Of a stretch of 64,000 bases of DNA, positions 25,576 through 37,250 are shown one piece after another. Under the pieces are notes generated by a model, which made no database searches, had not been told where the DNA came from, and worked only from the letters and a program-made list of their open reading frames with translations. Every line of letters begins with the position of its first letter. Within the stretch, counting starts at the first letter, position 1. The position numbers were made by a program, and so were the translations under genes. The DNA is taken from positions 34,906,001-34,970,000 of the forward strand of contig NC_088860.1 in the NCBI RefSeq assembly GCF_963853765.1. Reading direction: 5' to 3'. This DNA comes from Magallana gigas. Taxonomy: Eukaryota.

Positions 25576-26859
25576 TTACAATTTGAACATTCCAAAATAA
25601 TTTCCAGTGACGTCACTCGCGTCATATTGCAGCTTTCCCGCCCTTGAGACCGTCACTTTCAACTCCTCTCCTTTCCTAAACTTGGCCACCCTCTGTATGT
25701 AACTGTTGCCACTGGAATCGATCATATCAGTCATCGGGGTGGTAACAGTGACGAACTTCTGAAATCTTTGATTGATTGGTTTGATTCTTATGGAGTGCTT
25801 TATGGTAGTTCGACTCGATCGCTTGCTTTCGCCGTTGTCGGATGAAAATGATAAACGGCAATATAAGAAGTAGAACCCGTCGGACGGAATTCTAATAGAC
25901 GAGTTGGTCATGTGGTATTTCACGGAAGAGTTTGTATCATTGTCTCTTCTCCAATCAGAGATCGTATATTCATAATGCTCTAAAAAAAGGAAATACATAT
26001 ATAGATATTATTTATCAAAAGTCTCGACATCAAAGTGTAAACCTGTGTAAAACCAATTTAAAGAAAAAAAAAAGAAAGAAAGAAACCTCACCATTCCTTT
26101 CGTTTTCGGGTTTTCCACCAACTAAATGAATCACTTCTGAAAAAATAAGAAAATATATTTTATCGAAAAAGTTTATACATCTATTTGCGATTGGTCAAAA
26201 CGAATTATAATAAGTTCTACTACATGTAGTATGTTAAACTTACCAGAGTATTCCCTCGGTCTGACGTACTGAATAAAAAAAATCAACACATTTATTATCA
26301 ATTCATTTTCAATATTTTGTCAGTGTAACATTATTATTATTAGGCTATTTAACCATTAAAAATATTCTAATTTTACCTTAATCAGTGCATCAATCAAGTC
26401 GTTAAAGGTACACGCAACTCGGGATTTCGAAACTTCAGCACCAAGTTTATATCTCAGAGTAGCGCAGTTAATTCCTCCATCGAATCCCGGGGACACTTCG
26501 GCCCTATACAGTTTTTCTGTCTCCCCACCTTTTGGCGAACTTTCACCTTCTTTTGTCTGAATAATTCCTTTTGAAGGCGTCTGATCACTCGAGTCCATTT
26601 TGCTCAAAAATTGAGCGTAAACCAATCCACCAACTGTTGCCATCAGGGCAATGTTCACAAACAGCAAAAAATAGAATTGGATTTTAAGTCTGGCGTTGGA
26701 TGCGTATAAGTCTTTGGCCAGGAGTTCGTTCGTTAAAACTGACAACTCTGTAGCACAGCTTGAATTGCGATTGCGCACTCTTTTTGGTAAAAGTTCTGAA
26801 GACGAGTTGCAGGCGTGCATTTCTTCAATAGCTGCAGACGCAGGTTTTGAAGTCGACAT
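25576..26859 (-). CDS. TNF superfamily ligand B, type II membrane protein, about 313 aa
   Basis: Coding exons 26859-26377, 26268-26244, 26121-26092 and 25979-25576 (483+25+30+404 nt, phases 0,1,1). TM segment IQFYFLLFVNIALMATVGGLVYA. THD motifs: DW, IPSDGFYFLYCRLSF, FRKGEELKV, NYFGMFKL. It is a clear paralog of TNF-A (PREY, QRV, GK[IL]QYD). The micro-exon choices are hand-picked. Confidence 0.85.
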
Positions 26860-29800
26860 GATTACACAGACAAAACAACAGTACTTTGAATAAATTTGTT
26901 AAATAACTAAAAATTTACTACATGGCTTTATCTAACAATTCATCCGGAATCCATAGATATTGTTAATTTTTTATTCGATGAATGATTTCCCTGTGAAATT
27001 CATTTGACGTCAGGATGTGAAATTCTTCGAAGATAAAAATAACTGCGCGTACGTTAATTCTTCCTTTTATGGCTACATGTATATTTTAGATATTAAGCAT
27101 ACATGTATATAATTGCTTACCTCGAGTATTATTAGTGAGTATGTTGATGGATCCCTTCCGCAAACCACCAACACCGAGTCGTCCAGGGAGATGAAATTTG
27201 ATTGGTGTATACCAAACGTATACGTCAGGTCACATGTCGCGCATCAAGTCTGGGTCTTGGAAAACTAAATTTTAAAAGAATAAAAAAATAAATTCATTGA
27301 TTTTAGTTTCGTTTTCGCTGTAACTAACTTGCTTTCTTTTGATCTAGGTGTAATGAAAGGAGAGAGGCGAAACGATTCCACGGCTCGTTCTTTTCGAAAA
27401 TCAAATTTTCAAGTTTTCTTTTTATTGTACAATGCTTTATTTTAGATATTTCTGACCAAATTTCGAAGGTCCCTCAATTTGTCAGGTAACAACTGAGACT
27501 CATAGCTTAAAAATCGTTGTTATATAAACAAGGTTCGTGTCATATTATACACACCAAGGTGTATCTTTGTTTAACTTGTTTGCAAACAGTGATATGAGTC
27601 TCGTGGAAAACCACATGCACAATTAAACTTTCCTACTACTTAAAAATCCATTATCGCGATCGGTTCATATACATAACAACATCAGACTTTAAAAAGTTTA
27701 TATAGAAGAAGATTTTTATATCAATTAGATACATTTTTAATTATTTACCCAAAACTATATATAGTCTAAACATTTGTATATGCAAGTTATATATTAAAAT
27801 ACCCCCAGAGAATCAATTATTTACAATTAGTCAGTTCATTATAGTTGGTTTTAAAATTCAGAACATTAAAATCAAAGAAAGACAATGCGTTCCAGCAGAG
27901 ATATTCTGGGTTTAACTGTCAGCATATATAAATACTAGTATGACCTTGGCCAGTTAAAGACATACATGTACATATTAATCACGTTTTATGATTGACCCTT
28001 TCCCTATGATCTTGTGCATGTAATAATGTGTTGTATGAAAGGAATACTGCGCGTTTACATTTATCTAATATACACCTCACGAACCATTTATATTCTCTAT
28101 GTATTTTCTTACAGAAAGAAATGAACTTGAACTTCAACAAGCTATTAAAGGGTTTATTATGATATACGCAAATTACTCAAATCAAATCAGCTGCGATGTC
28201 AACACCGTGGGGGTTGACACACTTAAAGCGGTTGAGATAAAGGACTTTATTTTTACCTGCACAGGTAGCTGACGTAAGTTTCTCCTCATTTTACCCCTGT
28301 ATAGACTTAACTTAAGGCCTCAACCACAGAACGATATTGGATATCAAAACACAAGATTGTGCCGATAGAATACACTGTCAGGATTATCAAGTACCCTTGA
28401 GATTAAGATTATTGATCTATAGGAGTCGATTTTTGTCCATTTACAGTCGATATCTGTCTTCGACTTTTTTTCCCCACTTCCTTCGTGATGGCTTCCTAGT
28501 TGATTTCCAAGAAAATAAACTTCTCTTTGAAATCGATTTATGGTAATACTATGACAGATCAATACAAATATATAATAGTATTCCTCTTGTGTTGCTTTCG
28601 TGATTCAGAAAGTTACTGAAGTCCTTTGAAGTTTCAAATATGATTACGCAATGTTTCAACAACCCAACCCGGTCGCTTTTTTGGTGGTTTTTTTTTTAAA
28701 GATTATTCAATATTTTCTTAATTTTTTTTAAGTCTACGTACAGTGAAAAATTATCCAATTATTAAAATGAATAATATATTTAATTTATTTTATACATTTT
28801 ATGAATATGTTCTTTATACTGCACATTATTTTTGGTTGTCAGAAAAACATAGGAAAGTTTTTTATAATTTGTATCCATTCCTTTTGTAGTATATGTATAC
28901 GGCGACAATATTTCAAACCAAAGTGCACACTCGTTTTTCTGCATGGTTTCTTTTTTTTATTTTTTTTATTTTTACAACCCAACAGTATTTACACATGCTT
29001 ATATATCTACCTGCACGTGTATATAATCAAGTTTACAAAGGTAAATATCACTTCGATGGCGTCTCGTTTGAAACTCCACACTGACACCTGTCTAACACCG
29101 GGGACAGGAGTGCAAACCATGAGTCATTTCCGCAGAGTTTCAAATATACAGCACGAATCAAATCTACCCCCCCCCCCCCCCGTGGGGCCCACGGTGTCAT
29201 CGAAATTAATTTCTGTTTATTTTTATTTTGACCCTTAATTGCTCTAATGACAGACCAGACATCTTATTTCTCCTCATATTGCTAAGAAAATTCCTCACAT
29301 TCCCAGTTTTTATTCTGTTTCTTTCTTCTGAGGCTTCGAACATTGAAAAGTGCAATGATTGAACAAGGAGCCCTCAAGTCTACAAACCACTGGAACGATC
29401 ATAGAGTCGAAATTAAAGGCAATTAATGTCAAATTGCAAGATTTTTTTCTGTATATCAATTTTGCAATTTTTGTATGAAATGCATATCACTGCAGATCAA
29501 TGGTTTATAATTATATTTACTTGTATAAATTTCTTTTAAAAAAATGCATTGCGATAATTGATTTTTTTCCTAATGCATCCACTAACCAATTTAAATCATC
29601 TTGATAACGTTCTTTGATTTTATAATATTTTTACAAATTTTTAAAAATATGAATTTTGTCCTTTCATTTTTTATGGTACTAACGTAAAATAGTTAATTTT
29701 AAAGTTATAAAAGTTCTATTCAAATGTTTTCCCTTATAATAAGTCATTTTCTTTTATTTCTCAGTGCTGTAAAAATTGCGTAAGTTTGCTCGAATAAAAC

Positions 29801-30406
29801 TAAGGCGTGATTGATCAGAAATGTCGACAGAAAGATCTTTCTGTTCAAACAAGCGAACTTTGCATTGCAATATTTTTAATGTATTTCAAAACGACGTTAC
29901 CTTGATCGACAAATTGAATTACCAGAGGATTAAAGAACCCATTTTGAAATTCTACTGAAGTTTTGAATTCTGAGCTTATTCAAAACAGACTTGTTTTTTA
30001 AAGTATATAATTCTTTTTAATGAAGATACTACCCCCCCCCCCATTTTTACCACCCAGTGGCTATATACCTCTATTTTTTTTCCAACATGTACTCGTGATA
30101 TACGGTATATTCATACATGAAGATACTATGGATAGGTCTAAGTACTTTCGAATTCAACTCTCAAAGCACAAAATTGCCGTTAATCTTAAATTCAAATATA
30201 CATAATTATACGACCGAATTTGCATTTTTATTCTAGAAAAAAGGAGTATAAGATGCACTTTATAGAAAGTGTGGGGGTGTTCATTCTCTTGATATTATAT
30301 CTTGTCTGTCAATGATAAAAGAAACATTGTTCGTCAATATATGGTGGACATGCTAACATTTCATATCAATTTTTGACTATTCGTTACATATTTTTATTTG
30401 TTATAC

Positions 30407-30574
30407 TGTCATGTTGTGAATTTTGAACTGAATTTACCGGGTGGCAGTAAATACAAAATTCACAACATGACAACTAGTTGTCATGTTGTGAATTTTGTGT
30501 TGTGACAACTAGTTGTCATGTTGTGAATTTTGTATTTACTGCCACCCGGTAAATTCAAAATTCACAACATGACA
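30407..30574. repeat. 168 bp nested palindrome built from the unit TGTCATGTTGTGAATTTTG and its complement
   Basis: Five full copies of the unit or its complement plus a partial one. The spacer TTTACCGGGTGGCAGTAAATA is mirrored on both sides. Confidence 0.9.
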
Positions 30575-30907
30575 ATACTTTCATGTTAAATACTGAAATC
30601 TGATTGGTTAAGACGCAGTTAATAATATTGTCTATTACCCTCAGCGTTAGCAACGCACTTAGCAACGGGTAACATTAAAAAATGTTACATGCGCGAAAAT
30701 TATGCGCGTACGGTTCGCTGTAGAATTAACGTTATTCCTATATAAGAGCAGTAAAATTTTCTTAAAAATTAAGACATTCAGTATAACAAAATAAATAGTG
30801 CCTGTTTGGGAGGATAACAGTTGAAATTGACACCCGCGTCGGTTGACAATGGTTTTCTCGGGGTGTCAATTTCAACTGTTACCCTCCCAAACAGGCACTA
30901 TTTATAT
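30575..30907 (+). mobile_element. Hairpin-tailed element copy 3
   Basis: Same head and body as copy 1. The hairpin at about 30791-30907 has a deletion in its left arm. Confidence 0.8.
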
Positions 30908-33900
30908 ATTGGTAATTCAACAGATTAACCTGATTGGTTCGCTTTATGTCACGTGCTTCCAGAATTTTGAAATACGGACTTGAATTAGTAAAACAGGTAT
31001 TCAATGTGGATGCTTCTCAAATTATGCTGATTCTACTTTATGACTTTGTTCTTAACTATGTTTCCAATTAGTAATAACATAAGAAATGTAGACTTCTTAC
31101 ACGTACTTGGTCAATCCATCTATCCAATAAGTAGATTGAAACTTTGTTCTAGATCGAGGTGCTTTTCTGTTGGGTCGATAGAGCTATGGATTCACCCCTA
31201 TGAAAAATAAAGGGTGAGAAAATAGAACTGAATATAACATTAAATTATTTTCATTTCCATGCCCTTATTTGTGTGTTGTGGTATAAGATTCTTTTCCACG
31301 ATTTTTTCAAAGTTTCGTAATTCTATAAATATCTAATTTAGTTGTGTGGGTGTTCAGGAAGCCTTTTCCTGGATTGCATGATGCTCGATTTTACTGAAAT
31401 ATTGGCGTTCACCAGGAAGCGATAGTACACATGATCTCAAAAGAGATTCTCCTTCAACTATACACACGTACATTGTATGTACAGTAGGTTCATAATGGTG
31501 TGATACTGTATGCCCATTTCATGGAATGAAAAAGATAAAGAGTTCCTTTTAAAGATAGGGTTTGATATGAGTGAATGTATTCATTGGTGAACTACTGTGA
31601 TTAATTTTTAATATCATGCGTTATTCATTTGACACCGTGCGGGTGAATACCCGAGTAAGAGGTGACAATATTAGTCTAAGTACTCTTCACGGGTTAATAG
31701 TCGTCCCCAAGGTTAAGAATTTCCCAAAACTTTCGTCTTGATTTAATATACACTTAGCCCCAGTTAATACCCCGGTTGTAACAGACATATGTACATGTTC
31801 AGTGACCCTGGGCTTCCCCAGTATTTTGACACCTGTTTATCTTCTTAATATACATATGTACCTATCTAGGCCAATAGTCGAAACTTGATACATATATGTA
31901 TGTATATAAAGAAAGGGAAGAATTGACCTTGGTTTTGTTTTGAATACCTCTTTTTTTTTTTCTTTTTTTTTTTTATTTTTATAAAGTTTCTGGTCTTTGA
32001 TTTGAATACCTCTTATTATTGTTTTTCTGTAAGTTTTATAAAGTTTCTGATCTTTGTTTTGAATACATCTTCTTTTTATTTTATTTTTTTAATTTTAATA
32101 AAGTTTCTGGTTGTGAATCTGACCATTAAACTCAAATCTAGAAACGTGTTTGTTTCGTAAACCATGGTGCAAAAACCGTTCATTTAATTGATAAGATTTA
32201 TTTGTATATATCATAATAAAGTAAGATCTGCTGCGTCAATTCTATAAGTTTTTTTTTAAGTAATTATCTTGTAGACGTTTTTTTTAAAAGAGGCAATTTT
32301 CGTGTTCATGTTTAGTTAGTCACTTCATAAAATTTTATAACATGGTTTTTTCTGATATTAAAACTTTTAAGATTTAATCACCAGTTTAGTTTAAATAAGA
32401 ATCTCTTCCTTGTTTCAAATGTCTTGTATTTTATTCCTTATTCCGCGAATTCTTGGAAGATTATTCTCTTCCCGTTTGCAATCTTTTAACTTTTTTTTAA
32501 ACCCATGGTGTCACGTACCCTTTCCAATCCTCTGATTTTAATCATTATATCTGACACTGTATTCTTTGTAGAAAAAGGAAGGAAGGTGGAACTGTCTTAA
32601 CAGGAATTTTTATCGAATATTTTTCGGGGTAGTTTTATCCAAATTTAACTGAAGAATACAGTACCTATTGCACTTTGTGTTTGTAAGATATCTTGATGAA
32701 AAATATCGGGCCTATCTTCATACCTAAAAAAAAGATACTGAAAAAGGAAAGCTTACTAATAGTATCTTTATTGAAAAAAAAAATGCTAAAACCTTTAAGA
32801 ATAATAATGTATATATCGTAACGGTTGTAATCGTTTGACAAACGAATAACATTTCTATAATTATTTATAAGAATAAACACCTTTTCTTTATTTTAAATTT
32901 TAATTAAATTTATATATTAAATAATATATTTTGCCTTTTATTATTTTATTTCATTTTACCTATCATTATTTTTTTAAAATTTCTTTTTGTGCCCACATAC
33001 AAATTGTTTCATAATATTTTCGTTCCAATGACTTGTACAACTTTAAAAAAAAACCCCACTTTTTAAAAAAAAAATTAAATGAATGCGTTTAGGTATATTT
33101 TAGAATTGTTTGTATATATATTATGATAAAAAATTTATCGCCAGTTATTCTAATCGAACAATTTAACATTGCATTTTAAACGTGGGTGTCAATACAAAAA
33201 AAAAATCAAACAATCATCATGTAATTGTCAATGATGTAAGCATTCAGGTCCCAAAATATTCCTCTGAATTCCGATGCCATCACTGACCAGTCATTAGAAC
33301 TTGATCGGAGCCAAAATTTCCAAAAATAAGTTTTCAGCTGTCAACGTACAATTTTGGCAGTTGTGAAGAGATGTAAACAGATAAAATTTCATGTCATTGT
33401 TTTTATGTAACAATGGCTAATTTGATTATAAACTTTGACGACCGAAAAATCAAAGCATTGTCATTTATATTTAAGAATACAGTAATCTGGGATTCTAAAA
33501 AAAATTCTATTGTCAATATCTTAATTAATTTTGATATTTGTCATTTATTCTTCACGTACATTAGGTTCGGTCAAATGTACATATTTATCGTTACAAATTT
33601 ACGACTTTTTTTTTTGGGGGGGGGGGGTGGAGTTGGGGGGGGGGGGGGGGATAAACACATGAAATCATAATAAAGTTGCAAGTTGACGCCGTTCGTGCAG
33701 AGTTAGTGTGCACTAAATGACAACAGGCAGGTATTGTTTTAGCATACACAGTTCAAGGCTAGTATTCTATTTATTGCAATTATCTTAAGAATAAAATGCA
33801 AGATCACTGTGTTTACAATTACCCGTACTACTGATCTAAATCTGTGTATGTCAGTCACGTGATATGGGGGGATTCTGTCGGGGTCTCCCTGTGTCATTGC

Positions 33901-35683
33901 ATAGTTTATCCCCGCAGGGAAATTTAATACAGATTCTTTTCTGACTCAAAACTAAGTTAATGTGAAAGGTGTCTCGTGTATTGTGTCAGTTGTCATGCTC
34001 TCAGGCGTCAGAAACCAAACAAAGGGAGGACGTTTTATAATTATGTAATAATCTTGTTTCAACAGATAAAAACGGGGTTCCTTTTTTTCTTTTTTGAGTC
34101 AGATATAAATATACTGATATTTGAGATAGAGGTATACAAAAAAGGTGTTTTTGAGAAAACTATTTATTTTTCTGTTTCACTTTTAATGGAATTGAGCTAG
34201 CAATAGGAAGCGTAGCTATAGAACTTTTATTTGTAAAAATATATTTAAAATACATATAAAATTGAAATTCATCGTCTGTATTTGCGTGCCTGTTCCGTTT
34301 ACTTATGTCGCCTGTTTTCACATTAATTGTTGACGGGGGAGGGCGGTTCTCATTAAAAGTTTAATTTTGAATTAGAATTAACTGAGCGGGTAAAGATTGC
34401 TTTGGCGTGTGTGACGTTAAATAGTGAAAATTAATGACTTTCACTTAAAATAATGACGCTCTCTAGAAGAAGGTATTTTTCATTTTTCATTTTATAGATT
34501 AAATTTAAACACTAGTGTTACATTTCCGGTGGAAACAAATTATAATAAGATATCTTTTCTTTGGGTAAATCGTGATTTCCTGTATTATTTCGAGATTTCC
34601 AAAAAATATATAATCAGGATCTAATTTGATCACAGTTCTCGAATAGTTATCAATATATAGAAACAATTCTTGAAAATCTTAGCAGCTGCCCTTTCATTCT
34701 TAAAATAAGGATACAGAATATACGAAGAAAATGTGCTTATATATCCTACATTAATTAAGCTCAATTTTCCTGGTCCGCTATATTTACAATTTGTAATGAT
34801 GTACACCTACAAGTAAATATGTACATGTAGTTGAATTTTTAAACAAATCGAAAATAAAACAAGGAAGAGAAAATGACGTCATTTTAATTGATTACTGACG
34901 AAAAGAACATCCAATTCCTCGTAAACTGGATTCATGAAATTTATGATAAACTGAACAAAGTCGTAGGTTATCTTTATTTATTTTGAGCATTCACATGTTG
35001 ATATGAATAGATGCAAATGCACAGAACTCATAACATGCTCTTCTATTATTACAGATAAATAAAAAATGAATGTCAACATAGACAAAAGTAAAAGTGCGCA
35101 ATTTTTGTAAACAGTTTGTGTCACCGGAATTCGAATGATAATTATTATAAACATATCTATATATTTCATATATTTTATCACAACTATAGATAACTTAATA
35201 TAATCACCGCATGTCATAACACCCCACGACTGACCTGGGAAGCATTCACAATACATGGCTAGGGGCGTCAGTGAATTTTGATAAAGCCATGCGATACACG
35301 CATGATAACAACAAAATATAGAAACACAAAAGGGTAAATACATGTCAATGTGTCAAATAAAAACAAAAACAGTTCACTGGTACTCATTCATATATCACTT
35401 TCTATGGACGGCCAAAGTGCATGTTTTGTATATAAACGTATACACATTACGATTGTTTGGGTGGGAGAGGGAGGGTGTAAAACAGAGACCCCACACAGTC
35501 TGTGTATTAATGCCGCTCAGCTTGCCCAATATTGTCCGTTGCAACAACATCGGCAAACACAAATTTCCCCATCAACTTCAATATCGTATAACTTTGGGGA
35601 TCATCGCTTGGTTTTTCTAGGGAATACCATGTTTAGGGAAAGTGAAAGGTCTGCCAACATTATGGCAACAACAGAACATTCTA

Positions 35684-37250
35684 TCATCCTAATTTGAACA
35701 TACCGAAAAATGTCGCTTTGGGATCTTGAGAAACTTGACTGATATTTGAAACTTTAACGTAAATCTCGTCACCAACATTTAATCGAAATACGCCGCCTGT
35801 AAAGCTCGTGTAATCGTCGTACTCTTTATTACGCTCCCAGCATTGTGTCCTTACGCTCTTGAGAAGTAGTTCCTCTCCGCCGTTAGGGTAAATCACATTG
35901 TATCGGTAAACGTAGTGATATAGCGTTGTAGCACCGGGACTATTTCCGCCGAAGTACAGCGACAGGAAGTAGACCTGGCTGTATAGATAATAGAGCCCCG
36001 AGTTGTTGACACGGACCCGATCGTTCCTCAGCTGGACACCTCGTATGTGAGCTACTGGGTCCACAGTCAACCAATTGCGAACTGCCGCTTGACCTGATTT
36101 TTAAAAATAATACTTTTTTTCAAATTTCTAAATCTTCATTTTATTTAAAGAATTACATATTTTTTCGTTTATGAACTTTATACAGGAATTTAGGCTTTAA
36201 TATGGTTGAAAAAGTTTTATGAATTTAAAAAAAAATCAATTTAATATATTGATAATGTAAAATTAATGTTTAATTCATGAGTTTGCATGTTATACCTGAA
36301 ACTGGGGTCTGAGGTCCAATTAGAAGGTGCGCTGCAACCTCTCCGTGCGACTTCTGTGTCGAGTTGTTCTCTGCTTGAAGTCTTTCTTGTCCTTGAATCA
36401 TAGCTAAGAACGAACAAACGAAACCTTTTAGGATTCATTTTTATACAAAAACTTACTATGCGAAATACATATACAAATAAGAGTTGTCTTCAGAAATGTC
36501 TATTATTATTCTTAAGTGCGAACCAAATTGATAATGTCGTGAAATACAATTACCTTTTGCGCAGGATACATTCTTTTTCTTTTCTACTATCTGTAAAAAA
36601 TATTAATTGAATCCATTGATAAAAAATCAATAAGAAATATTGAAAGCATTTGTTTATCGCAATTTTTTTACAAGCAGTATTTCTTGTCTATTCAAAGAAA
36701 ATGTTCCATGGCAAAGTCTTTTGAAAATATATAAAACCACAACGTTTTAATCGCAAAGAAAACCTACCAAACCCAAGATGGCGGACGTTTGGTTGGGGGA
36801 GTTTCCGCAGCAGACCTCCACTCCGTTGACCTTTTTCTTACTTAGCTTGGTCAGGTGTTCATTGTCCTCTGGAAACGGTCCAAACTTCAGATCGGCGCAG
36901 GGGACACAGAGTCTCCCCGAGACCCCGCCATGGCCCTCTATCTCGTCATCAAGTTTGTTCCTGAGGTCGGAGATCAGAAGGAACAGAGAAATGACGGCTG
37001 CGGACAGGGCGATGCAGACGACCAAAAGTAATAATGTCACTGTTCTGTATAACGTTGACGGGGAACTGTAACTTCCCGTGGAAAGATAACTCTTGTCGGA
37101 ACTGGTGGAATCGGGGCTCCGGGGCCTTTTGAAGGAACTCTCGCTCCCGGAAGTGGCCAGCGTGAAGTGTATATCCGGGCATTCGCTTGGGCAGGGTGAT
37201 GGAGGCACGAGGGCACTGACAGAGCTACAGCTGCATTGTTTGGTGTTCAT
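35684..37250 (-). CDS. TNF superfamily ligand C, TRAIL/TNFSF10-like, about 345 aa
   Basis: Coding exons 37250-36768, 36590-36554, 36403-36296 and 36093-35684 (483+37+108+410 nt, phases 0,1,1). TM segment VTLLLLVVCIALSAAVISLFLLI. Canonical THD: VAAHLLIG, NW, GLYYLYSQVYF, LLLKSVRTQCW, SFTGGVFRL, GDEIYVKVS, TFFGMFKLG. Confidence 0.93.

Noticed and set aside
916-33889. Perfect kappaB-like 10-mers at 916-925, 19448-19457 and 33880-33889
   Set aside because: A rough estimate for GGGRNNYYCC at about 33% GC is around two chance hits per 64 kb on both strands. None lies in a mapped TNF promoter.
20460-35683. AU-rich elements in TNF 3'UTRs as in vertebrate TNF
   Set aside because: The 3'UTR regions are U-rich, but no clustered overlapping AUUUA pentamers were found.
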